From a virus (lineage: Duplodnaviria > Caudoviricetes), in IMG/VR virus record IMGVR_UViG_3300050015_000366, positions 1-53,761 of that record: a stretch of DNA of 53,761 nt; one strand, written 5' to 3'. Of the stretch, positions 8,657-16,923 are shown piece by piece. Each line of letters opens with the position of its first letter. Position 1 is the first letter of the stretch. The position numbers and the translations under genes are program-made. Under the pieces are notes generated by a model. That model saw only the letters and a list, made by a program, of their open reading frames with translations. It was not told where the DNA came from and made no database searches.

Positions 8657-9874
8657 ATGACCACCACCTTCGTCCACATCGGCGACATCCACCTCGGCCC
8701 GAACGGGCGCGAGGCCGAGCGCCTCCGAGTGCTCGACCAGATCATCGGGAAGGCCCGGCAGATGGCCGACCTCGGCGCGTTCCTGATTCCGGGCGACATC
8801 CACCACGCGCGCAGCACGCCCGACACGCGCAATGCCTTCGCCGACCGGCTCGTCCAGATGGCGAGCCTCGCCCCGACGATTCTGGCTTACGGCAACCACG
8901 ATCAGGTTTCGGAGCTTGAGATTTTTGGTCGGCTCCACACAACCTGGCCGATCTACGTCGTGAGCGGGCCCGAGGTGCTCCGCCTGGCGCTTCCCAACGG
9001 CCAGGGCGCTGCGGTGGCCGTCCTCCCATACCCATCGCGCGGGGGATTGATTGCTGCCGGCTCGACGGCCGACGAGACGCTCCAGGAGGCATACGTCGGA
9101 CTGGAGGCGATCGTCCGCAGCTTCGCGCTCGAGCTGAACGACGCCGTCGCCGACGGGCTCATGCCGCTCTTCATCGGCCACGTTGCCGTGAGCGGCGCAC
9201 TCGCCTCGAATCTTCAGCCGCAGATCGGCCGGGAGATGTCGATCGACAAGGCGCTGCTCGACCTGCTCGGCCCGATCTACAAAGGCCTCTCGCACATCCA
9301 CCTCCCGCAAGAGATCGGCGGCGCCTGGTACGCAGGCTCCATCAGTCCATGCGATTTCGGGGAGCAGGAACTCAAGCGGTTCCTGGTCGTTCACTATCAC
9401 CGGGTCGATTCGGAGGACTGGCGATACGACGTCGAGTCCTGGCCGATTGACACGCCGCGTCTCTTCCGGGCGCGCGGAGAACTGACGCGGGACGGCTTCA
9501 CGCTCGAACCGAGCGCCGAGTATCCAGAGTCGTGGGCCGGCTGTGAAGTGAAAGTGACGTATTCCTTCCTCGCCTCCGAGCGCAACGTCCTCGACCACAA
9601 CCTCGTGCGCATCCCCTTCGAAGGCGCCTTGCGTCTCGAGGTCGAACCCGTCGCGGTGCCCGACCGGGCGCTGAGGGCGCCGGAAGTCGCCGCGGCGCAC
9701 ACGCTCGCCGCCAAGGTCGCCGCGTGGGCGTCGTTCTCCGGCGCGACCGTGAGCGACGGCGTGCCGAACAAGCTGGCCCAGCTCGAGCACCAGGACGCGA
9801 CAGCAACGCTCTCGGCCGTCGCCACCCGGATCGCCGCGATCGAGCACGCGGAGAAGAGCGAGAAGGCCGCATGA
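8657..9874 (+). CDS. sbcD: SbcD/Mre11-like metallophosphoesterase nuclease
   Basis: HIGDIH, PGDIHH, GNHD and SHIH motifs, YAGS...DFGE. Confidence 0.9.
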   Translation: MTTTFVHIGDIHLGPNGREAERLRVLDQIIGKARQMADLGAFLIPGDIHHARSTPDTRNAFADRLVQMASLAPTILAYGNHDQVSELEIFGRLHTTWPIYVVSGPEVLRLALPNGQGAAVAVLPYPSRGGLIAAGSTADETLQEAYVGLEAIVRSFALELNDAVADGLMPLFIGHVAVSGALASNLQPQIGREMSIDKALLDLLGPIYKGLSHIHLPQEIGGAWYAGSISPCDFGEQELKRFLVVHYHRVDSEDWRYDVESWPIDTPRLFRARGELTRDGFTLEPSAEYPESWAGCEVKVTYSFLASERNVLDHNLVRIPFEGALRLEVEPVAVPDRALRAPEVAAAHTLAAKVAAWASFSGATVSDGVPNKLAQLEHQDATATLSAVATRIAAIEHAEKSEKAA

Positions 9875-12384
9875 AACTCGAAAATCTGAGCATCCACGGC
9901 CTGCTCCGCTTCGCCGACACCGTGACGATCGACTGCACCTCGCTCCCGGTCGGCCTCATTGCGCTCGTCGGCCCGAACGGATCCGGCAAGACGACGCTGA
10001 TGGAAGCGGCCCTGGCTGCGCTCTTCCGATCATTCCCCTCTCGCGAGAAGGAGCTGTTCGACTACGCGCACGACCGGGACAGCTTTGTCGAGGCGGCCTT
10101 CTCGCTCGACGGCACGGGCACCTACCGCGCTCGCGTGAACGTCGACGGCGTCAAGCGGCTGAGCGAAGCGGTGCTCACGCACGATGGCGAGCCGCCGCTC
10201 AACAACGGATTGGTCTCGACGTTCGACGCAGCTGTTGCCCGCGTCTTTCCGCCGCGCGAGGTCCTGCTCGCCTCGGCGTTCTCGGCGCAGAACAAAGCGG
10301 GCAGCTTCATCAGCCTCGACCGCAAGGGCCGCAAGCAGCTCTTCGCGCAACTCCTCGGCCTCGACCACCTCGAGGCGATGGCGCAGACGGCGCGAACGGC
10401 TGCCGGGCTGGTCGAGACAGCACGCGGGAAGCTCGCGGCGGTGCGGGAGGTCCTCGCGCGCGGCAGCGACGTTGAGATCGAACTGGCGCTCGACAACGCC
10501 GGCGCGGTCATCACGCTCGAGCGAGCGCGGACCGACGCCGGCCGCCGGCAGCTCCAGGCGGAGATCGTCGACGCCGAGGCCACGCTCGCGACCGTGGCCG
10601 ACCAGGTGGCCGCCTACGCCGTCGCGACGCAGCGCGTGCAGTCGCTCGAGCGTGAGCAGCTCGCCGCGGAGGCACAGCGGACGCAGGCGGCGGATCTCCG
10701 GGCCGGGGTGACCACCGCGCTCGACGCCGAGGTCCTCCGGCTGGAGAACGCGCGCAACCGCGGATGCGTCGACCTGGACACCCGGCGCGCCAAGAGCGGC
10801 CGGACGCTGGTCGACGAACTCGCGGCGATCGAGGCGAAGCTTGTGGCCACGCTCGCGGACTTCGACGCCCGGATCGGCAACAACCGGGATCTTCTGGCCA
10901 GGGCCGACGAGATCCGCGCGGCCGTCGCGCAGATCGCCACCTTCGAGGTGTCGCTGGCCGACGATCGGCGGTCTCAACAGACCTTCCGGGACCAGATCGC
11001 GGCGCTCGACGCCGAGGATCGGGACGTGCTCGTGCCGGCACTCGCGAAGGCGACGACCGCCAAGCAGCATCTCGAGCTGGCACAGATGAACGCGGCGCTG
11101 CTCGGCACGGTGCCGTGCGGCGGGGCGGGAGACTTTTCGGGCTGCAAGTTTCTGACGAATGCGAAGGCCGCGGCCGATCGGATCCCCGGCTTCGAGGCGG
11201 AGGCGGCCGGGATCGCCGAGACCGAAGCGGCCAGGAAGATGCTCGCGACCACGCGCGCCACGGCCAAGGGGTTCGCCGATGGCTGCGCCGTCCGGATCGT
11301 CCAGTTCGAGGCGCGGAAGACGGACCTTGCGAAGGCGGCGAAGCTCGAGCCCTCCATCGCCGCGGCCGAAGCCCGGATCGCGGAACTGATGACGGCCAAG
11401 GCGGACGCCATGACCTCCGCCGGCCAGGCGGCGCAAGACGCGGACGCCCGGGCAGCCGACCGAAGCGCCGAGATCCTCACCGCGCGGGCGACGCTCGAGG
11501 CGACGACGACCCAAGCCGTCACCGAGGCGAAGGAACGCGCCGAGGACCAGGCGGTCAGGCTCGACGACCAGCTCGAAGGGATCACCGAACAGCTCGCAGA
11601 CCTCGCTCAGCGACTCCTGGCGGCGCAGGCCGGCCTCGGGGCGGCGGCCGCCGGCAACCAGCAGGCGGCGCAGCTGCAGGCCGCCCTGGCCATCCTGCGC
11701 GGGCGGTGGGACGCCACGACGGCGGAGCTCGGACGATTGGACGGCGCGGAGCGCGACCTCGAGCGCCGGCGGCAGGAGCTGGCCACGCGTCGCGCGGAGC
11801 TGGCCGACGTCGAGCGTCGGATCCGGCTGCTCGACACGGAGCTGCTCGACTGGCAGCTGCTCGCCAAGGCGCTCGGCCGGGACGGCCTGCCGGTCCTCGA
11901 AATCGACGCGGCGGGCCCGACCGTGACGGCCTTCGCGAACGACCTGCTCGCGAGCTGCTTCGGCCCGCGGTTCAGCCTCGAGCTCGTGACGCAGGAAGCG
12001 AAGGCGTCGGGCAAGGGCGTCAAAGAGGCGTTCAACATCATCGTTCTGGATAACGAGCGCGGCGGCGATGCCAGGGACATCGGGGACCTCTCCGGCGGCG
12101 AGCAGATCATCGTCGGCGAGGCACTCGCGAACGCCATCAGCCTCTTCGTCAACCAGCGCAACGGCTCGGCGATTCGGACCTGCTGGCGCGACGAGACGAC
12201 GGGGCCGCTCGACGCCGAGAACGCGGCGCGCTACGTCCCGATGCTGCGCCGGCTGCGCGAGCTCGGCGGCTTCGCGCAGATCTTCTTCGTGTCCCACAAC
12301 AGCGAGAGCGCCGCGATGGCCGACGCGCAGCTCGTCTTCAGCGACGGCCGCGTGACGGTCGCGCTGCCGCCCTACGCGGCCTGA
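9871..12384 (+). CDS. sbcC: SbcC/Rad50-like SMC ATPase
   Basis: GPNGSGKT Walker A, long coiled coil with central Cys pair, LSGGE signature, DE Walker B, VSH; ATGA overlap with sbcD. Confidence 0.92.
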   Translation: MKLENLSIHGLLRFADTVTIDCTSLPVGLIALVGPNGSGKTTLMEAALAALFRSFPSREKELFDYAHDRDSFVEAAFSLDGTGTYRARVNVDGVKRLSEAVLTHDGEPPLNNGLVSTFDAAVARVFPPREVLLASAFSAQNKAGSFISLDRKGRKQLFAQLLGLDHLEAMAQTARTAAGLVETARGKLAAVREVLARGSDVEIELALDNAGAVITLERARTDAGRRQLQAEIVDAEATLATVADQVAAYAVATQRVQSLEREQLAAEAQRTQAADLRAGVTTALDAEVLRLENARNRGCVDLDTRRAKSGRTLVDELAAIEAKLVATLADFDARIGNNRDLLARADEIRAAVAQIATFEVSLADDRRSQQTFRDQIAALDAEDRDVLVPALAKATTAKQHLELAQMNAALLGTVPCGGAGDFSGCKFLTNAKAAADRIPGFEAEAAGIAETEAARKMLATTRATAKGFADGCAVRIVQFEARKTDLAKAAKLEPSIAAAEARIAELMTAKADAMTSAGQAAQDADARAADRSAEILTARATLEATTTQAVTEAKERAEDQAVRLDDQLEGITEQLADLAQRLLAAQAGLGAAAAGNQQAAQLQAALAILRGRWDATTAELGRLDGAERDLERRRQELATRRAELADVERRIRLLDTELLDWQLLAKALGRDGLPVLEIDAAGPTVTAFANDLLASCFGPRFSLELVTQEAKASGKGVKEAFNIIVLDNERGGDARDIGDLSGGEQIIVGEALANAISLFVNQRNGSAIRTCWRDETTGPLDAENAARYVPMLRRLRELGGFAQIFFVSHNSESAAMADAQLVFSDGRVTVALPPYAA

Positions 12385-12394
12385 GGAGTCCTTC

Positions 12395-12631
12395 ATGGCG
12401 ACAGGCTACCGCGTGCAGACGAGATACGAGGGCGGCGTGTGGCGCACGGTCCGGACGTGGACCGACGAGACGGCCGCGAAGGAAGACGCGCGGCTGCTCG
12501 CGGCCGAGCGTCGTCAGATCGACGGCGTCAAGCGCCACGGGGTAACGCTCTCGATTCCGGTCCATCCCTACGTGCGGCTGATGCACGAGCAGAAAGTCGC
12601 GGTGGCCTTCGGGCCGGGTAGGGAGGCGTGA
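12395..12631 (+). CDS. hypothetical protein
   Basis: GAGGAG SD, operon-coupled. Confidence 0.6.
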   Translation: MATGYRVQTRYEGGVWRTVRTWTDETAAKEDARLLAAERRQIDGVKRHGVTLSIPVHPYVRLMHEQKVAVAFGPGREA

Positions 12632-12912
12632 TGCCACGCGGCGAAATCGACATCCTCGTAAACGGTGCGCGCGGCTCTCGCCGTCGCGGGGCCGGAACGT
12701 GTCGCGGCTGCGGGAACGCGATCTGGTGGGTCGCATCGGCGGCGGGGAAGCCGATCCCGTTCGATGAGGTGCCCGACCCGATCGAGACGAACGGCGACGT
12801 CGAGACGGTGAGCACCGACAAGTGCCACTGGTCGACCTGCGAGAAGCGCGACGAGTTCAAGAAGCCGGCCGCCCCGAAGGCGCCGCCGGCAGACCGAGGA
12901 TTCGAGTTCTAG
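12628..12912 (+). CDS. small Zn-binding phage protein
   Basis: CRGCGNAIWW...GKPIPFD...HWSTC pattern. Confidence 0.65.
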   Translation: MMPRGEIDILVNGARGSRRRGAGTCRGCGNAIWWVASAAGKPIPFDEVPDPIETNGDVETVSTDKCHWSTCEKRDEFKKPAAPKAPPADRGFEF

Positions 12913-13002
12913 GAGCCAGGCCGCCGCCGGACAGAACCGGCGGGCGAACCCTGACAGGGGAGAGTGCCCGTAGCGCCGGAGTGAATCCGGCCGGCCTGGC
13001 TC
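12913..13002 (+). ncRNA. candidate multi-stem structured RNA / leader
   Basis: 11-bp closing stem enclosing three hairpins, filling the intergenic gap. Confidence 0.45.
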
Positions 13003-13012
13003 GGGAGACGTC

Positions 13013-13321
13013 ATGACCAATTTCGCCATCATCTGCATGTCGGTCGCCGTGGGCTTCGTGGCCCTCGGCGGCATCTTCACGGTAAGCCTGCTCACGGCGG
13101 GGAAGAAGCCCGCGCCCACGCCGCCCCCGGTCGTGCCCGTGACCGCGAAGGGCCGGCCCCTGGCCGTGTGCGAGCACTGCCAGCGCACCGTCGCCGTTCG
13201 CAAGGGCGACGGGATGCCGTACGCGGGGAGGCACGCCTGTCACAAGGCGCCGGAGACGCTGACCGAGGCGCACGCCGAGGGGATGCGCGGCCAGCCGACG
13301 ACGGGAGACAACGCGGCATGA
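13013..13321 (+). CDS. membrane-anchored Zn-ribbon protein
   Basis: N-terminal TM helix, CEHC...H-x-C. Confidence 0.6.
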   Translation: MTNFAIICMSVAVGFVALGGIFTVSLLTAGKKPAPTPPPVVPVTAKGRPLAVCEHCQRTVAVRKGDGMPYAGRHACHKAPETLTEAHAEGMRGQPTTGDNAA

Positions 13322-13403
13322 CCCCCTCTGCCGCCGCTTCCGCCGTGACCCTGACATACCTCTGCGCCCTGGCGCTGCTGGCATTGGCGGCCGGGAGACG
13401 ACG

Positions 13404-13611
13404 ATGACTCGCCCCCTGGGCGCGGCCCGCCGGGTACAGCGCCGCCGCCTTCCGGTTGCTGTTCGGGCGGCGTAAGGCCGCGGGACAGTGCATCCGGTGT
13501 CGGAAGAAGGTGACCAAGCACCTGGAGCGCGTGGCGTGCCGCGCAAAGCGGTGCGACTACGAACGTCGTCGGCGCCAGCGCCAGGCGCAGGCAGAAAGGC
13601 TGGCCGCATGA
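13404..13611 (+). pseudogene. small Cys-rich gene with apparent frameshift in a C5 run
   Basis: ATGA-coupled start at 13404 stops early; the +1 frame gives ...AAGQCIRCRKK... and ends overlapping the next ATG at 13608. Confidence 0.4.
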
Positions 13612-13772
13612 GCCTCCCGTATCGTCGCGGCGTTCCGGACTCGCCCTGGCTGCGCCGGCTCGTGATGACGCCAGTCCTGCTGCTGGTCCTGCCGCTCTAC
13701 ACGCTCGTCGGCGGCGCCTACGGCTGCCGCATGTGGTGGTCCGAGGTCCGAGACACCTGGAGGAGACCATGA
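13608..13772 (+). CDS. small membrane protein
   Basis: Hydrophobic helix, ATGA-coupled on both sides. Confidence 0.5.
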   Translation: MSLPYRRGVPDSPWLRRLVMTPVLLLVLPLYTLVGGAYGCRMWWSEVRDTWRRP

Positions 13773-13963
13773 CGCTCACGCTCTGGACAATCGTCGTCGG
13801 CATCGTGTCGTTCCTCGTCGGGTGCGAGGTGGGCGTCAGACGCAGCGCCACCCCGACTCAGCGCATCGAGAACTTGCGGAAGGGCACCATGCGCGATCTG
13901 CTCGCGCACGGCGACATCGTGCGGTCCGGCGACCGGTTCAAGGACGCCGAGGCGGGCCGGTGA
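13769..13963 (+). CDS. small membrane protein
   Basis: GGAGGAG SD, N-terminal TM helix. Confidence 0.55.
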   Translation: MTLTLWTIVVGIVSFLVGCEVGVRRSATPTQRIENLRKGTMRDLLAHGDIVRSGDRFKDAEAGR

Positions 13964-14079
13964 GGCGCTTCCTCGGCTCGCTGATCCTGCCCCTCGGCGT
14001 GCTGGCGTTCGCGCTGCTGCTCATCGGGAGTCGCGAGCTGGAGAAGAAGGCGTTCGGAGACGACTGGAGGATTCAGTGA
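13960..14079 (+). CDS. small membrane peptide
   Basis: GTGA overlaps at both ends, one TM helix. Confidence 0.45.
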   Translation: MRRFLGSLILPLGVLAFALLLIGSRELEKKAFGDDWRIQ

Positions 14080-14510
14080 GCGCACCGAAGACGGCGAGTA
14101 TCGAGGCCCTGGTGGACGCGAGGATCGCGGACCTGACCAGGTGCCGGGATCACGTGGCGGCGGGAACGTGTCCGATCCTCGCGGGTATGACAGGCGAGGT
14201 CACACCGGAGCCGAAGGTCCGGAAGGCGTCGGCTCAGCGCAGCGGCAAGCCGGCGAAGGTCGCGATTCCGGATAAGCCGAAGGCGAAGGACAACGGCAAG
14301 CCGGTTCAAGTCGCCCCCCCCCGAACGCGCGTGAAGGACGATGACGTGTTCGCGGCCATCAAGGGCTCCGCGGGTCTCACAGGGACCGAGGTCGGCGCGA
14401 AGTTCGGCGTGCCGCCGGGCAACGTGCAGCACAGGCTTGATCGGCTGATCGCCGCCGGCAAGCTGGTCAAGGGCGGCGACAAGAAATACCGGATCGTGGT
14501 GACGCAGTAG
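14076..14510 (+). CDS. winged-helix DNA-binding protein
   Basis: C-terminal GLTGTEVGAKFGV...HRLDRLIAAGKLVKGG. Confidence 0.7.
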   Translation: MSAPKTASIEALVDARIADLTRCRDHVAAGTCPILAGMTGEVTPEPKVRKASAQRSGKPAKVAIPDKPKAKDNGKPVQVAPPRTRVKDDDVFAAIKGSAGLTGTEVGAKFGVPPGNVQHRLDRLIAAGKLVKGGDKKYRIVVTQ

Positions 14511-14526
14511 GAGAGGCGAGGCACTC

Positions 14527-14886
14527 ATGCAGGAACTGGCAAGCCCTCCGTCCACCGGTCGCAGCGCGACCTCTCGCGCGAACAGCCGGGCGAGCGCGAA
14601 GAAGGCCGCGCACTACGCGGGCGCGCAGGCGCAGGCCGTGCTCCGCGTCATCCGGGAGTCGGGCCTTCGCGGGCTCACCGACTGGGACATCTGCGCCCTC
14701 GCCGACATCTCGCGCACGAGCTGCTGCGCGCGGCGGAACGCGCTGATGGATGCGACGCCACCGCTCGTGGTCGAGCATCCGGACGAGAAGCAGCGGAGCC
14801 GGGTCGCGGGACGGTGGAGCAGGAACTGCACGGTGTACGTCAGCGCCGAGGCCGCGCGGCAGTGGCAGAACGGGAGATCGAAATGA
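14527..14886 (+). CDS. putative winged-helix protein
   Basis: VLRVIRESGLRGLTDWDI...SCCARRNAL pattern. Confidence 0.6.
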   Translation: MQELASPPSTGRSATSRANSRASAKKAAHYAGAQAQAVLRVIRESGLRGLTDWDICALADISRTSCCARRNALMDATPPLVVEHPDEKQRSRVAGRWSRNCTVYVSAEAARQWQNGRSK

Positions 14887-15368
14887 AGGTCCGGCGGGCC
14901 ATCCTGGCGGAGATCGTCGCGGTGACGCAGCGGACCAAGGGCGTCGACGTCGCCGCGGTCGCCCTCGCCTTCGCGAAGCGCCTCTCGCACGACGACTGGA
15001 AGCCGGCCTTCGCGGTCCTCGGCTGGGAGCCGCCGAAGAAAGCCAGCGGCTGCTTCGACTACCGCGGCATCGCCCTCAAGCGCGTGGCGGCCGCCTCCTC
15101 GCCGGAGATCGCCCGGTTCCTCATCGTCGCGACGCTGGTATCGACGCTCACGATCAGCACCTACCAGGGGCCGGAATTGACACGAGAGGACCGGAAGGCG
15201 CTCCTGGCCGCCGCGGAGCACGCGGCGGTCGACGCGCCAGCCATCGAGCGGAAGATCCGGGCAGAGGCCGCGGAGAAGGAGAACGCCAAGGCGAAGGGCA
15301 AGCCCGCGAAGTCGAAGAAGCCGGCGAAGAAGGCCGAGAAGAAGCGGAGCGACGGAGGCCGGGCATGA
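14883..15368 (+). CDS. hypothetical protein with Lys-rich C-terminus
   Basis: ATGA overlap, genome-typical codon bias. Confidence 0.55.
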   Translation: MKVRRAILAEIVAVTQRTKGVDVAAVALAFAKRLSHDDWKPAFAVLGWEPPKKASGCFDYRGIALKRVAAASSPEIARFLIVATLVSTLTISTYQGPELTREDRKALLAAAEHAAVDAPAIERKIRAEAAEKENAKAKGKPAKSKKPAKKAEKKRSDGGRA

Positions 15369-15862
15369 TCGTCATCGGCATCGACCCCGGCCAGTCCGGC
15401 GGCATCGCGTGGATCGAACCGGCCTTCGTCACGCCGCGCGTGGCCGGCGCCGCGAAGATGCCCGAGACCGAGCACGACGTCTGCGAGCACCTCCGCGACC
15501 TGGCCAAGCGACAGGGCGAGCCGGTGCTCGTGGTCGTCGAACTGGTCACGCCAATGCCGAAGCAGGGGCTCGGCTCGACGTGGAAGTTCGGCCAGCACTA
15601 CGGGATGCTGCGCGGCATTCTCGCCGCGCTCGGCTGGCGCTACCAGCTCGTCACCGCCGGGAAGTGGCAGAAGGCGCTCGGCTGCCTCACGCACGGCGAC
15701 AAGAACATCAGCAAGGCCGCGGCGCAGCGACTCTTCCCGGAGCTGAAGATCACGCACGCGACCGCCGACGCGCTGCTGCTCGCCTACTACGCGACCCGGA
15801 CACTCGACGCGTCGCCGGCAGGGGCCGCGCTCAACACGCAACCCGCGCACCTGGAGGGATGA
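15365..15862 (+). CDS. RuvC-like Holliday junction resolvase
   Basis: MIVIGIDPGQSGGIA, VVVE, FGQHYG, W-x-K, ADALLLA. Confidence 0.85.
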   Translation: MIVIGIDPGQSGGIAWIEPAFVTPRVAGAAKMPETEHDVCEHLRDLAKRQGEPVLVVVELVTPMPKQGLGSTWKFGQHYGMLRGILAALGWRYQLVTAGKWQKALGCLTHGDKNISKAAAQRLFPELKITHATADALLLAYYATRTLDASPAGAALNTQPAHLEG

Positions 15863-16920
15863 CCGTGGAACCAGAGAGACCCGTCGAGACGACCGAATGT
15901 CCGCTCGGAATAGCCACCCTGATCGGCCAGCTCCGCGAGTGCATGCTGGACGTCACGGGGTGCGCCGAAACCCTGAAGGCGACAAAGGGCAAGGGGATCG
16001 GCGCTCGGAAGAAGGCGCTGCAGGAGGCCGAACAGCGCCACACCGACGCCCTCGCGAAGCTCGGTGAGGGCACCGATCTCCAGGTCGCTATCGTCTGCAT
16101 GGACATCCTCGACGACCCGGCGAGCTTCGTCGACGGGGAGGGTGCCGCGCCGCTCTCGAACGAAGACGTCTACCGAGTGGCGATCGCGACGATCGCGGAG
16201 TTGGACAAGTCGAACGACGCGGTGCCGGCCGTCGAATACCCGCACTGCGCCTGCGGCGCGGTGCTCGCCCTGGACGTCGAGAAGACGGCCGGCCTCTGCG
16301 AGAGCTGCCTCGAAAGAGCGAAGGCCGGACCTGAGACGATTCCGGCGAACGGTGACGTGCAAGCGCCTGTCAGCGAGACGGCCGCCCCGCAGGACGTGCC
16401 CTTGCCATTCCCCCCGCCGCCGGTCGAGCCGTTCGACTTCCAGGCCGCGGCCGTCGAGATGTTCAAGCACAACCGCATCGTCGAGTCGATGAAGCGGGTC
16501 TACGACGAGGCCGCGGAGTCGGCGAAGGACGCCAAGAAGCAGTGGGAAGCCGCGGCCGTCCGCCTGGGCCTGCTCATCAGCGATTACGACCGCAGGGCCC
16601 GCGAGTCGGACGAAGCGAACAGGCGACGCGCTGAGCTGCAGCGCTGCTACCAGGAGCAGCTCGAACACGCCGCGGCGGCTGCCACGGACGAGGCGCCGGC
16701 CGTCCCGCAGTCGAGCCCGGAAGAGCGCGTGCCGGACCTGGCGGGCGCAGAACCGGCCCGGGAATATTCCGAAACCATTCCGGGCGATGCACGGGAGGCC
16801 GCTCCCGATGCACCGACGCCGCTCTCCGATGCGCTCCCGGCCTGTCCGTGCGGCAACGCCCTGGCGCTCGACACCGAGAAGGCCCGCGGGACGTGCGACG
16901 AGTGCCACGTGAAGGCGTAG
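15859..16920 (+). CDS. hypothetical protein with two Zn-finger repeats and a coiled coil
   Basis: C-x-CG-x2-LALD-x-EK-x2-G-x-C-x2-C occurs twice; GGAGG SD. Confidence 0.6.
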   Translation: MTVEPERPVETTECPLGIATLIGQLRECMLDVTGCAETLKATKGKGIGARKKALQEAEQRHTDALAKLGEGTDLQVAIVCMDILDDPASFVDGEGAAPLSNEDVYRVAIATIAELDKSNDAVPAVEYPHCACGAVLALDVEKTAGLCESCLERAKAGPETIPANGDVQAPVSETAAPQDVPLPFPPPPVEPFDFQAAAVEMFKHNRIVESMKRVYDEAAESAKDAKKQWEAAAVRLGLLISDYDRRARESDEANRRRAELQRCYQEQLEHAAAAATDEAPAVPQSSPEERVPDLAGAEPAREYSETIPGDAREAAPDAPTPLSDALPACPCGNALALDTEKARGTCDECHVKA

Positions 16921-16923
16921 CCG

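Noticed and set aside
10030-12396. Very long antisense ORFs (also 6721-8832, 15787-18075, 30357-31970, 33357-34952, 34409-36121)
   Set aside because: These are shadows of strongly GC3-biased sense genes, with R/G/L/V-rich translations and no domain motifs. The antisense ORF at 32381-33226 differs in having HTH and nuclease motifs and an SD.
14313-14322. Long C homopolymer as a phase-variation site
   Set aside because: The reading frame is intact through to the winged-helix domain; nothing suggests slippage.
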